Positions 48,396 to 57,348 of a DNA stretch of 64,000 nt are shown piece by piece. This DNA is from a virus. Taxonomy: Duplodnaviria; Heunggongvirae; Uroviricota; Caudoviricetes. Location of the stretch: the IMG/VR virus record IMGVR_UViG_3300044846_005772; one strand, given 5' to 3'. Below the pieces are notes generated by a model. That model had not been told where the DNA came from and searched no databases. It saw only the letters and a program-made list of their open reading frames with translations. The translations under genes were made by a program, and so were the position numbers. Numbering within the stretch: position 1 is the first letter of the stretch; the number at the start of each line of letters is the position of its first letter.

Positions 48396-49100
48396 GTGCA
48401 GGAGGGCAGAATTATGTACAGGCACGAAGCAGTGGAATACTTGGGGGTCACCTACTCCAAGTTTAGGCGCATGGTGAACAACGGTAACATCAGGTTTACC
48501 GACATGCCGGGTAATCGCAGGATCTATTGGGACGAGGACATCTACCGGGTAGCAGGTAGGCGTAAGGGGCAGAGCGCTAACCAATGCGTGCTCTACTGTC
48601 GGGCCGGCGGCAAACGCGCTAAGACGCTCTTACAGGAACAGAAGCTCCGGTGCACGCGTTGGGCGACCGAGAACGGGTATAGCTTTGACAGGATCTACGA
48701 GGAGTCTGCTCTATCTCAGGACTGGGAAGCCGAACGTCGACCCGCCTTCTACGAGTTACTCAAAGACTGTAGGGACGGTCAGATTAGCATGGTGGTCGTG
48801 GAGACCCCGTGCAGGCTCTCTCGCTGGCACCTGCCCCTCTTCATGAATATCTTGGATTCCTATAACGTGAATCTCTTTATCATCAACAGGCTAGTACAAC
48901 AGCCGGAGTATCTACAGGAACAGGTGGAGGAACTCGTATGGATTACTGAGGAAGCGCAACGACAACGTGAGAATGGCTGGGCGCCGCGCAAGATGCTGGA
49001 GGCGAAGAAGCGCCGTGACAGGGGCCAGGTAATCTGGGCGAAACCCAATCCCGAGATGGGGCACGATCCTGATCAGCACGCGCTTGGCGATCTACTCTAA
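48396..49100 (+). CDS. N-terminal HTH (MerR/excisionase-like) + serine-recombinase-fold domain lacking the catalytic Ser
   Basis: VLYCRAGG in place of YxRVSS. Resolvase-like blocks GYSFDRIYEE, RPAFYELL and ISMVVVETPCRLSR. IS607-TnpA-like domain order. Confidence 0.5.
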   Translation: MQEGRIMYRHEAVEYLGVTYSKFRRMVNNGNIRFTDMPGNRRIYWDEDIYRVAGRRKGQSANQCVLYCRAGGKRAKTLLQEQKLRCTRWATENGYSFDRIYEESALSQDWEAERRPAFYELLKDCRDGQISMVVVETPCRLSRWHLPLFMNILDSYNVNLFIINRLVQQPEYLQEQVEELVWITEEAQRQRENGWAPRKMLEAKKRRDRGQVIWAKPNPEMGHDPDQHALGDLL

Positions 49101-49283
49101 GCCGGGACTACGGAGTCCGCCGGAAACGCGTCCTGCACGGTCGAGCCCCGATTCCCATGGTACAGGAGCCACTACGGAGTCCCGACGGGCAGGGGCCCAG
49201 CTCTCCCGTACGGGCGCCCGCGGGTAGGAGCCAAAAAAAGGGAGCGCTCGGCTCCCATGGGTTTACTACGGAGTAGACTCTAG

Positions 49284-49889
49284 TTATGCTGGAAAGTTCT
49301 TCTTGATCTGACCACGAATGATCCTTTCCTGGGTGTATTCATTGACGTCAGTGATCTCCTCGTTTACTCGACGAGCTAGCTCTGCATCGATGTTGCCGTC
49401 CCATGATCCTTCAACCATCGCGTTGACCAGGCTGTAACTACCCGATATATCTTCGATCGTGTTCTCCCTTTCGTTATTGGTCCAATCAACCGCAACGTTA
49501 AACCAGAAACCTACTGACAGGTACTTCTCGTCGGGATACATTGCATCGAACTCAGCATCTCCTGTCTGGGTGGGAAATACTAGCAGGTCCAAGCCGGCCT
49601 CGCTACTGCTGCTCGATTCGTTTGCCATGTCGGTCAGAGCCGAATCTCCCCATGGACCTTCAACCAGCTCAACTCCTACCAGGGTCAGGTCGTTTGGTAT
49701 GTTGGCCAGGCCCTTCGCGGCATGGATGCATAGTTGATTACACATTTCATTTATCGCATCTCTCTGCTCTTGGCTGAGGTCGTCATGCCAGTTAAGCTGA
49801 TTACCTACTACCTTGAATAGGGTAGGGAAACTAGACCAATCTACGGAGTGGCTCTTCTCGTTCTCCAGGATGGGTTTAATGTACTTCAT
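49284..49889 (-). CDS. hypothetical protein (201 aa)
   Basis: ORF, GC-rich; contains one CTACGGAGTGG motif in frame (HSVD). Confidence 0.5.
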   Translation of the reverse strand: MKYIKPILENEKSHSVDWSSFPTLFKVVGNQLNWHDDLSQEQRDAINEMCNQLCIHAAKGLANIPNDLTLVGVELVEGPWGDSALTDMANESSSSSEAGLDLLVFPTQTGDAEFDAMYPDEKYLSVGFWFNVAVDWTNNERENTIEDISGSYSLVNAMVEGSWDGNIDAELARRVNEEITDVNEYTQERIIRGQIKKNFPA

Positions 49890-49930
49890 TAGTTCTTCTA
49901 TTTGATAATATTTATCTGTTCTATCTAAAC

Positions 49931-49953
49931 AAAGAAAGGGCCCGAAGGCCCTT
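49931..49953 (-). terminator. rho-independent terminator
   Basis: gggcc-cgaa-ggccc with flanking A and T runs. Confidence 0.6.
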
Positions 49954-49970
49954 CCTCTGATTATGATAGG

Positions 49971-51146
49971 TTACAGGTTAGCGTACTGTGCGAATTCCAA
50001 ATCGTATCCTGCACGGGTTCCCTTAGCGAATAGGGTGCCAGCGTCCTGCTTCAGCTCGGCCTTGCCGTTAAGTTCGAAGCCAGAGTTGTTTGATCCCAAG
50101 AAGGTAAGAGAGTTCACAACGTCCCAGATCGACATGCCGGTCTTGACGAAACTCTTCTGCTTCTCTCCCAATCGCATTGGGTCTTGGCCCTTCTGCACGA
50201 TGCGTGCCATTGTACGAGAGTAGCCAGGGAAGTACTGATCCGCGATCGAAGAGTTATAGATCTTCTTCAAATCAGGATCGATCTCGACCAACATGCTCTG
50301 CGACTTACGCATGGCGTTCTCCACTTCCAACAGGCTGGCCTTGGTCTCAACAGCTCGGTTCAAGGTGGAGCCGAATGCAGTCGGTACGAAGCCGGCTTTC
50401 TCCATGTCCCCGATCTTGTTAAGGAAGATCTTAATCTCCTCGGCACTGGTGCCTCCTAAGCGAAAGTTCTCGCTGAAGTTAAGTTCTCTGTTGCCGCCGA
50501 TCGCACCTTGTCCTAGGCTAACCCGTAGGCCATTAGAACATACTAATCGCTGGTTGTATGACTCAGCATAAGTATCACGGTTGGTCTGCACGATCGAGAA
50601 ACCGAACTTAAAGAACTCGTCCTTACCTGCCTGAGCGAAGCCAACTTCCTGGTTGTTCAAGAGGTTCACGCTCACGTTGTTGGTGTAGGGATCCACATCG
50701 ATCGTCTCAATCATCAGGCTCGGAGTGTCGTTCAACAGGCGCTCTGTGATATCGAAGACAGTATCGTTAGAGATCTTACGGAAGTTCTTGGGTGCGCAGA
50801 TATCAACGATCAACTTCGTGTTAGGATTAGCAATCAACATTACTTCGCCCTTGCCCTTCTGCGCACGGTAATCCTTGAGAGCGTTGATCAGGTGCACCGC
50901 GATCTTGTCATCGGAGTTCTTCATGAACTCGCTAGTAAAGCTACGGTTCAACTTCAGCATCGACGCCAAACGATGGAAGAAGGAATCGCTAACGCCCACA
51001 GGAACGCCGCCGATTTCGATCTTACCCTTACGTAGGGAGTCAGATGTCATGTTGATTGAGGAGATGGGCACGATCTTGGTGGCCTTCTCGGTACGGTTAA
51101 GCGTGTCTCGCATTTCCGTAAATTGTTCTTGAGTTACCTGTTTCAT
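49971..51146 (-). CDS. DUF932-like phage/plasmid protein (391 aa)
   Basis: Size and an RLVCSNG motif recalled for DUF932/TIGR03299; from memory only. Confidence 0.4.
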   Translation of the reverse strand: MKQVTQEQFTEMRDTLNRTEKATKIVPISSINMTSDSLRKGKIEIGGVPVGVSDSFFHRLASMLKLNRSFTSEFMKNSDDKIAVHLINALKDYRAQKGKGEVMLIANPNTKLIVDICAPKNFRKISNDTVFDITERLLNDTPSLMIETIDVDPYTNNVSVNLLNNQEVGFAQAGKDEFFKFGFSIVQTNRDTYAESYNQRLVCSNGLRVSLGQGAIGGNRELNFSENFRLGGTSAEEIKIFLNKIGDMEKAGFVPTAFGSTLNRAVETKASLLEVENAMRKSQSMLVEIDPDLKKIYNSSIADQYFPGYSRTMARIVQKGQDPMRLGEKQKSFVKTGMSIWDVVNSLTFLGSNNSGFELNGKAELKQDAGTLFAKGTRAGYDLEFAQYANL

Positions 51147-51219
51147 ATTTTATGATTGATTAGTTTAGTAAATATACTACATTACTATTTATTCTAAAAA
51201 TAAATGCACACCCTTTTTA

Positions 51220-52362
51220 TCAAAGGGTTGCACTCTCTTCCTGCACGGCGGGCTGCTCGTCCTGCTGGGAATCTCCCTCTTGCAGGTCCTCTCCCAACTT
51301 AAAGATCTCCTCGAAGCGGCGGCCCATGTCAACTCGACGAGTCATCTCACTGTTCTCAATCTCTCTCATCTCCTCGGTCTCGTTGAAGCGGTCCACATCG
51401 TACACAACCTGACCTTCTTGTAAGAAGTAGTATAGACGCTTGCCGACCGCACTGCCGCCTCGACGGTTCTTGGAGAACTCGACGTAGCGTTTGCCTGATA
51501 GATCGAATCGGATCTCCAACATCGCTGTGGTTGCGTGCTTGAGGTAGGTTGAGCCGACATATGTACCACCCTTCGTCATGTGTTGGATGGCAAAGACAGC
51601 TGAACCCTTGGTCTCGGCAGAATCGATCATCAAGCCTGTCAACCAAGACTCGGCTCGGGTAGAAGTCCAATGGTGTACTTCCTTGATCTTCACCAACACG
51701 TCCTGATAGGAGTCCAAGATGATGATGTCATAGTCGCCGTTAAACGCCTGTTCCATGATACCCGTTACCTGACCTGACTTCACATAGTCCATCAACAACA
51801 GTGTAGGAACCTTCGCGATGCTTGGCGTCTTCTTGTAATAGAATAAGATATCGTTGCGTGTCATCTCGCTGGAGATGTACAACACTCTAGCATCGGGCTG
51901 CTGTTCCTGAATGCTGGCGATCATGTCCAACATTACGGTTGACTTACCGACACCGGACTCACCGATAACGATATTCACGGTGCCGCCATATGTGCCGCCG
52001 CCTTCCTCATGATCGGAGAACAGGTCGTCGATCTTCTTGCCAGTTCGATAGAGCTTGAAGTTGGGAAACTCCATGTCCTCTACTGTTACTACATTGAGAG
52101 TCAAAGGTTCTTGTGGGACTACGGAGTGAATGACCCCTGGTGCAGCTGCTGGCTCGAGACGCTCCTGGCCGATATGACCTTCTGTGACAATCTTCTTCAA
52201 GACTCCATTAAAGGATGAGTAGCTGATGTCCGCATCGGGCATGTGAGATACGATCTGAGCATGCAGATCCAACACCTTGCCTCTTGGCACTAGTCCATTG
52301 TGTACGTCGTTGAACCATTGACGGATAACCTGTTCCTTTTTACCACCTGTGATTTGTATCAT
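51220..52362 (-). CDS. RecA-fold ATPase (DnaB-C-terminal / AAA_25-like)
   Basis: Walker A GESGVGKST and Walker B IIILDSYQD. Confidence 0.55.
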   Translation of the reverse strand: MIQITGGKKEQVIRQWFNDVHNGLVPRGKVLDLHAQIVSHMPDADISYSSFNGVLKKIVTEGHIGQERLEPAAAPGVIHSVVPQEPLTLNVVTVEDMEFPNFKLYRTGKKIDDLFSDHEEGGGTYGGTVNIVIGESGVGKSTVMLDMIASIQEQQPDARVLYISSEMTRNDILFYYKKTPSIAKVPTLLLMDYVKSGQVTGIMEQAFNGDYDIIILDSYQDVLVKIKEVHHWTSTRAESWLTGLMIDSAETKGSAVFAIQHMTKGGTYVGSTYLKHATTAMLEIRFDLSGKRYVEFSKNRRGGSAVGKRLYYFLQEGQVVYDVDRFNETEEMREIENSEMTRRVDMGRRFEEIFKLGEDLQEGDSQQDEQPAVQEESATL

Positions 52363-52420
52363 ATTCTTAGAGTTATTAAGTTATTGAGCTAATATACAAC
52401 GAAAAATTGGGAAAGTACAA

Positions 52421-52924
52421 CTATTTGGTGAGAAATTCCAAACGTTGTTTCTGTGCGGGCGAGAGCTTCTCGAAACTTCCAACCTCGTTCAGGATGTCTA
52501 GCAACTCGTCAAGGTCCAACTCGCAAGTCTCGTTCTCTACTACGGAGTGGCTGGCTTCGGGCTGCTCGCCCTTGCTCGCATCAGCTACTCTACCTCTGAG
52601 CTCGTCGACCGCATCGCAACCTCCTTTGAAGAAAGCATCGACCACGTTCTCGACAATATCTAAAGTTGCGAAGTTATATCCATTACGGGAGTTGGCATCG
52701 AATGCAACGACTGGCAAGATATCGTTATGTTCAGCAGCGACGTTACGGAATATCTCAGCACATTCTGACGGGCTGAATTCCGTTTCTACTAAGCTCAACA
52801 CTCCGCCTGGGAAAGGAAGGCCTACTGCCTTGTCGAGACTGCCTTGAGTGATTGTTGTCATCGCAACAACATCTCCACTTAGGGGAGTGTCTACCCCAAA
52901 TCTGAAAATTACTACTTTGTTCAT
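52421..52924 (-). CDS. hypothetical protein (167 aa)
   Basis: ORF. Confidence 0.5.
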   Translation of the reverse strand: MNKVVIFRFGVDTPLSGDVVAMTTITQGSLDKAVGLPFPGGVLSLVETEFSPSECAEIFRNVAAEHNDILPVVAFDANSRNGYNFATLDIVENVVDAFFKGGCDAVDELRGRVADASKGEQPEASHSVVENETCELDLDELLDILNEVGSFEKLSPAQKQRLEFLTK

Positions 52925-53013
52925 GTTATTATGTTTTAGAGTTATTAAGCTATATTACCACGAATAATCATAACTTCGACGAAAAGTTTCCGAAGTTATT
53001 AACAGTCAATTGT

Positions 53014-53220
53014 TCATAACTCCTCGACAGAAACGACCTCCTCAACGATTAGCGTCGGCCAGAAGATTCCACAAATTCTCTTTAAACCTTGACGCTCGTG
53101 CCAGAACTGGCTAGCTGCTCTTGCAGTTTGCGGGTCAAGTTGGGTTACTGCTGATTGGAATAGCTCATGCGCAACTCCGTTGGGCGAGCTTAAGCGTACT
53201 GTGATTTTGACTTGTTGCAT
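53014..53220 (-). CDS. small hypothetical protein (68 aa; start corrected)
   Basis: The ORF-track N-terminal extension translates the promoter module (YIYSIILNN). Start placed at the Met after it. Confidence 0.4.
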   Translation of the reverse strand: MQQVKITVRLSSPNGVAHELFQSAVTQLDPQTARAASQFWHERQGLKRICGIFWPTLIVEEVVSVEEL

Positions 53221-53333
53221 GTTGTTTAGAATTATAGAGTAAATATAACACGATAAAACGACAAAGTACAACGTTTCCGAAAATAAGTTTCCTGCACGGG
53301 CGGAGCCCCCATGCTCGGAATTCCTATCGTGCA
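53216..53333 (-). promoter_or_regulatory. repeated early-promoter module copy 1 (variant A) with CCTGCACGG/CGTGCAGG hairpin
   Basis: tagagtaaatataacacgataaaacgacaaagtacaacgtttccgaaaataagtttcctgcacgg ... cgtgcagg. Confidence 0.6.
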
Positions 53334-53563
53334 GGAGGTATGCCGATTGCCACGAACGTGCAACCATCCAGCGAATCCCTACCCACGAATAATAGATCGC
53401 AATTATACGCGTCATGGTGGCGCTTCTCCCAGCGAATCGTATCGCCGCTTGCGAAGGTAACTGGACACCCAGGTGGAGGTTGAGACCAGTCCCTCACAGC
53501 GACCTGATCGTACTTGCTCTCGCAAGAGATCAAGACCAAACATAGAATACTTATATACTTCAT
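53324..53563 (-). CDS. small lipoprotein (79 aa)
   Basis: MKYISILCLVLISC lipobox; the 3' end runs into the module hairpin. Confidence 0.45.
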   Translation of the reverse strand: MKYISILCLVLISCESKYDQVAVRDWSQPPPGCPVTFASGDTIRWEKRHHDAYNCDLLFVGRDSLDGCTFVAIGIPPAR

Positions 53564-53905
53564 TTAATAAGATTTTACTTTAAATATTGATGCCTTCACG
53601 TCGGTCATGCTGGCCTTATTGCCAAGGTCAACCTTATAAGATACTTTTATTTTTTCCAAGCATGCACGGTACGCACGGTTAGCTTCGGTGATTCCGCCTA
53701 AGAATAGAGCAAGCTCGTAAGCCTTTGCGAAAGTATCACAGACCATCGTGGTCTCACGCACGGCCAAACCCGGCTCCTTGTCCGGGCTGGGCTCTTGCGC
53801 GAATCCCATGACTATGTACTTATCCTTCTTTGCCATCGATTTTCTTTTCCATGTTAAATAGGACAGCACATCGCTCGTAGTTCTCCTTCTGCTCATAGTG
53901 TTCAC
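53564..53905 (-). CDS. hypothetical protein (start uncertain; may begin at internal MAKKDKY)
   Basis: ORF overlaps the upstream gene. Confidence 0.4.
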   Translation of the reverse strand: MNTMSRRRTTSDVLSYLTWKRKSMAKKDKYIVMGFAQEPSPDKEPGLAVRETTMVCDTFAKAYELALFLGGITEANRAYRACLEKIKVSYKVDLGNKASMTDVKASIFKVKSY

Positions 53906-54080
53906 GGACCTTGCGTAAAGCCTTGAGCTTGTTCTCGGAATCCTCGCTCTTCTCGCCTACCTTGTCTGGCCAGCTAGATATAGTAGAATACACAAGCTCC
54001 ATGAACTTGTCCTCGTCCTGAGCTCGCAGCTGCATCAAGCGCTGAATCAGGTCAGGATCCTTGAATGGGTCGAACTTCAT
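53820..54080 (-). CDS. hypothetical protein (86 aa)
   Basis: ORF; ATGA overlap with the upstream gene. Confidence 0.45.
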   Translation of the reverse strand: MKFDPFKDPDLIQRLMQLRAQDEDKFMELVYSTISSWPDKVGEKSEDSENKLKALRKVREHYEQKENYERCAVLFNMEKKIDGKEG

Positions 54081-54388
54081 ACTCGTACTGCGTTAATTGA
54101 ATCTATTGTTCTCTTCCATATGGCAGCAGCGGAATCCGTACCGAACTTCTCGTCCAATTCTACTGTCAAGCAGCGAACTCCTTGCTTGATATCTTGCATG
54201 ACGGCCGGCGATACTTTAGCATCGCAGACGTCGGTCACGATACCGCGCGCAATCAAGTCTGACATGTCCGAGAGCAAGTCATAATAGACTGCTGTTGCTT
54301 CAAATACTTCCACCAACTTGGTCGGTGAGTAACTAGCGATCACTTCCTTGGTGACGTCTAGTACATTATCTCCATCGTATACCTTCAT
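54077..54388 (-). CDS. hypothetical protein (103 aa)
   Basis: ORF in the sigma operon. Confidence 0.45.
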   Translation of the reverse strand: MKVYDGDNVLDVTKEVIASYSPTKLVEVFEATAVYYDLLSDMSDLIARGIVTDVCDAKVSPAVMQDIKQGVRCLTVELDEKFGTDSAAAIWKRTIDSINAVRV

Positions 54389-54402
54389 CTTACTTATATT
54401 AG

Positions 54403-55116
54403 TTATTTAGACATTACTTCCAATGCGCTCTTCGCGATCTGACAAACACGGATCTGAGTAAGACCGAATTCCTCAGCAACTTCAGCGCTGCTACGTGGCT
54501 CCTCATAGCCGATGCCGTACAGCATCTTCATGATAGCATGGTCACGATCCTTGAGGCGAGCTAATCGACGTTTCAACTCATGATCAACAAACTCGTCATT
54601 GATCACGTGATAGATATCGGGTTGACAGTTAGCATAACGTTCGCCGACCGTCGTCTCGCTGTCTTCTGAGATGGGCGCATCCAATTGTACAGGTCGGAAG
54701 TTGGGTGTTTCCAAACCCGCTTTCTTCTTCTTGTAAACATCGTATTCCTGATTCATGGGAATCCTAACGATTTTACCGACGGTCGCGACCGCCTCGTTAC
54801 AGTGCTTGCGAATCCATAGACTGGCATAGGTAGAAAATCGTGTATCTCTATCTGCGGTAAAACGTTCAGCTGCTGCGATCAGACCCAAGTTACCTTCTTG
54901 GATTAGGTCATCGATTGGAACGCCCTGACCGATAAATCGATTGGCGATCTTCACCACCAACTTTAGGTTATGACGAACTAATTCGTCCACCGCACGACGA
55001 TCGCCGGTCTGGATTCTAGCAGCTAGTGCATGCTCTTCTTCCTTGCTAAGAGGAGATAATCCCTTAATGGTCTTGAAATATTTTGGAAGACCTTCTGTTG
55101 ATTCGAATTTAGACAT
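54403..55116 (-). CDS. RNA polymerase sigma factor, sigma-70 family (regions 2, 3, 4)
   Basis: Region 2 DLIQEGNLGLIAAAERF...FSTYASLWIRK; region 4 SSAEVAEEFGLTQIRVCQIAKSALEVM. Confidence 0.8.
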   Translation of the reverse strand: MSKFESTEGLPKYFKTIKGLSPLSKEEEHALAARIQTGDRRAVDELVRHNLKLVVKIANRFIGQGVPIDDLIQEGNLGLIAAAERFTADRDTRFSTYASLWIRKHCNEAVATVGKIVRIPMNQEYDVYKKKKAGLETPNFRPVQLDAPISEDSETTVGERYANCQPDIYHVINDEFVDHELKRRLARLKDRDHAIMKMLYGIGYEEPRSSAEVAEEFGLTQIRVCQIAKSALEVMSK

Positions 55117-55228
55117 ATGTTTTTTTTGAGTTAGTTATAAAGCTAATGTAAACTGATAATTTTAAAAAGTACAACGTTTGCGAAACTATTTTTCCTGCAC
55201 GGTGGGGAGTACAAGTTAGCCGTGCAGG
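55117..55228 (-). promoter_or_regulatory. early-promoter module copy 2 (variant A) + hairpin
   Basis: aaaagtacaacgtttgcgaaa...tttcctgcacgg-17 nt-ccgtgcagg. Confidence 0.6.
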
Positions 55229-55233
55229 AATGA

Positions 55234-55413
55234 TTACATATGTTTCATAGCATTGTGCTTGGCTTCTAACACCTTAGCGTAATGTTCCCAGTTTACGTAA
55301 TTTACATCGTATCCTTCGTTAATCATCTTAGCACGACGGGTTTCCACCATCTTGGAAAAATTGATTCTTGTGCTTGCAGACAAGCGATCAAAGATATTCT
55401 TAAACATTTTCAT
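55234..55413 (-). CDS. small protein (59 aa), not in ORF track
   Basis: ATG directly after a module; translation MKMFKNIFDRLS...; stop placed by hand count. Confidence 0.35.
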   Translation of the reverse strand: MKMFKNIFDRLSASTRINFSKMVETRRAKMINEGYDVNYVNWEHYAKVLEAKHNAMKHM

Positions 55414-55494
55414 AGTTATTAGTTTAGAGTTAAGTAAATATAAAATGAAAAAATGGAAAAGTACAACGTTTCTTAAATTAAATTTCCTGCACGG
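55414..55494 (-). promoter_or_regulatory. early-promoter module copy 3 (variant A)
   Basis: tagagttaagtaaatataaaatgaaaaaatggaaaagtacaacgtttcttaaattaaatttcctgcacgg. Confidence 0.55.
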
Positions 55495-55650
55495 TCAAGC
55501 TTGGTCCTGCTCCTCGGCTGCGCTCGTGCGTGAGTTTAGGTTGCGAGACGTGCAGCGCCAGCAAGTAACAGCTGTTGCTTTATCATCTACTTTGTCTACC
55601 TTCTCCCCACAGATTTTACAGTTTAGGGATTTAAAGCTTTTGCTCTTCAT
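55495..55650 (-). CDS. small zinc-ribbon protein (51 aa), not in ORF track
   Basis: MKSKSFKSLNCKICGEK...CWRCTSRN (CxxC...CxxC). Confidence 0.35.
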   Translation of the reverse strand: MKSKSFKSLNCKICGEKVDKVDDKATAVTCWRCTSRNLNSRTSAAEEQDQA

Positions 55651-55675
55651 GGATTATTGATTATTTTTTATACAC

Positions 55676-55710
55676 AAAAAAGGGAGAAGATGTATTACAC
55701 CCTCTCCCTC
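55676..55710 (-). terminator. rho-independent terminator
   Basis: gggaga-15 nt loop-tctccc with an A-run on the + strand (T-run in gene sense). Confidence 0.55.
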
Positions 55711-55729
55711 AATCTGTTCCAAACTTGGA

Positions 55730-55951
55730 TTACGCAGTGATCTTGCGGCGACCTACCATTTTGTAAGCTGCGTTTACGATCTCGTTGCTTGGGTTGTTGC
55801 TCTCTCCTCTGAGAACGCGAGCCACATGCGACTTGTCATAGCCAGTTCTTACTGCTAATTCTGCGATGTCGCCACGACGTAGGCGAACTGATACTGCTGC
55901 TCTCTTCTCATTTACTGAAGTAGAGCTTTTCATTGTTGCTGTTTTCTTCAT
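55730..55951 (-). CDS. small putative DNA-binding (HTH-like) protein
   Basis: GDIAELAVRTGYDKSHVARVLRG helix-turn-helix-like segment. Confidence 0.4.
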   Translation of the reverse strand: MKKTATMKSSTSVNEKRAAVSVRLRRGDIAELAVRTGYDKSHVARVLRGESNNPSNEIVNAAYKMVGRRKITA

Positions 55952-56081
55952 AATACTTAAATAGTTAATGTATTATCTTATACTACAACAAGTTAAAAGG
56001 TTTTACTACGGAGTAGATAATTTTCTATTTTCCGGGCCAGGTAAAGAACATGTTTAACTATCAGTTTACTACGGAGTAACC

Positions 56082-56255
56082 TTAGTCTTCCTGGGAATAG
56101 CGATACTTCTTACGACTATACGCTCGTGGGTTGGGTTCGCTGCGCTGCCTGAACCTGCCGTCTAGGGCTCCTTGTTCCAGCATCTGCTGGCGCTGTGCTG
56201 TACGGGCAGCCGCTACTTGATTCCAACTTCCAGTTATTTTAATCTTGCGTTTCAT
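56082..56255 (-). CDS. small basic protein (57 aa), not in ORF track
   Basis: MKRKIKITGSW...; last gene of a three-gene operon. Confidence 0.3.
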   Translation of the reverse strand: MKRKIKITGSWNQVAAARTAQRQQMLEQGALDGRFRQRSEPNPRAYSRKKYRYSQED

Positions 56256-56266
56256 GATACACTTAT

Positions 56267-56491
56267 TTATTCTCCAGTTACTAGTATCTCGTCACCACCG
56301 ACTATGACAGTTGTACCTAGGATATCGTCGATAAAGAGAATCTCGCCTGATTCTGTCTCGAACAGGAAGTCATCGCTCCATTCAGCACCATCCATCTCTC
56401 TAAAAAGATTCGCGATTTCTTCCGGTTCGCCGTAGACCTGCTCGTGCCCCCAGTTATCTAGGGTTTCAGTTATCTTGATTATCTTGTGCAT
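56267..56491 (-). CDS. hypothetical acidic protein (74 aa)
   Basis: ORF. Confidence 0.45.
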   Translation of the reverse strand: MHKIIKITETLDNWGHEQVYGEPEEIANLFREMDGAEWSDDFLFETESGEILFIDDILGTTVIVGGDEILVTGE

Positions 56492-56492
56492 A

Positions 56493-56762
56493 TCAATTAG
56501 TTGTTTGGGTTACTACTAATATTAATGCCTCCTGACCCGAACTCAACGAGCGCCATGCTCCTTTTTCCAGGTCAAAGAATCTTACGCTCGCGTCGGTTGA
56601 TGTACCATTACCATTGGGTCGTAATGTTTCCGGAATCATGGAAAGATTCACGGTTCCCACCGCCGTGCGTAAAGTGCCATCCAACTTGCGGAAGGCAAAT
56701 GTTACTGCACCTTCTCTGAGTCTTGCTCTTAGTGCGTCCTTGCTGATTTCTTGAAATACCAT
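56493..56762 (-). CDS. hypothetical protein (89 aa)
   Basis: ORF directly downstream of a module. Confidence 0.45.
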   Translation of the reverse strand: MVFQEISKDALRARLREGAVTFAFRKLDGTLRTAVGTVNLSMIPETLRPNGNGTSTDASVRFFDLEKGAWRSLSSGQEALILVVTQTTN

Positions 56763-56924
56763 ACTTATATTGTTTAGAAGTTATAAGTAAATATAAACTG
56801 ATAATTTTAAAAAGTACAACGTTTTTGAAAATAAGTTTCCTGCACGGACTCCACCCGGCAAGCATGGGATCCCGGCCCGTGCAGGAGAGACCTCATGAAA
56901 AAAGGGACCGAAGTCCCTTTAGTC
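56763..56924 (-). promoter_or_regulatory. complete module copy 4: promoter (variant A) + CCTGCACGG-29 nt-CCGTGCAGG hairpin + GGGAC-CGAA-GTCCC terminator
   Basis: Read directly. Confidence 0.7.
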
Positions 56925-56943
56925 AAGTTATGTAAGATATACA

Positions 56944-57243
56944 TTATACTAACTCCTTCACCGATTCCAGATACTTCTCGATCTTCTTGAGATAGCTGAC
57001 AGCTGATCGCTTGTCCGGAAAGTATGCCCACATCTGACAGGATTCGGAATCCCAAGTAATGTTCTCCGGACTTCCGACCTTCTCCTTCAGGTGATCTTCA
57101 ACATCGTACGCGCTCCCATAGTCTCGGAAGCGGTATTCAGGTTTTGGCGAGCCAGTTAGTGACCAGCTCTTACCGTTGTTAGAGTAGCCGTCGTTGTAGA
57201 TAACGAATCCGGTCTTTGAAACGATTTCTTCTTGTTTTTTCAT
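56944..57243 (-). CDS. hypothetical protein (99 aa; start corrected to MKKQEE)
   Basis: The track extension translates the module. Confidence 0.45.
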   Translation of the reverse strand: MKKQEEIVSKTGFVIYNDGYSNNGKSWSLTGSPKPEYRFRDYGSAYDVEDHLKEKVGSPENITWDSESCQMWAYFPDKRSAVSYLKKIEKYLESVKELV

Positions 57244-57328
57244 GACTATATTATTTAGAGTTATAGTGTAAATATAACACGACTCTAGTAAATTGGTACT
57301 CACAAGTGAAACTATTCTTCCTGCACGG
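57244..57328 (-). promoter_or_regulatory. module copy 5 (variant B: gtaaattggtactcacaagtgaaactattcttcctgcacgg)
   Basis: Read directly; left hairpin arm only. Confidence 0.55.
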
Positions 57329-57348
57329 TCGCTCCCCGACAAGCTTCT

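Noticed and set aside
43900-49100. Prophage attachment site / integrase at the tRNA cluster
   Set aside because: No tyrosine integrase is present. The only recombinase-fold protein lacks its catalytic serine. The repeated tRNA ends are four full-length paralogs rather than a single short att duplication.
50177-50571. + strand ORFs 50177-50571 and 51356-51670 in the GC-rich region
   Set aside because: Antisense or alternative frames of the 49971-51146 and 51220-52362 genes. Long spurious ORFs are expected at this GC content.
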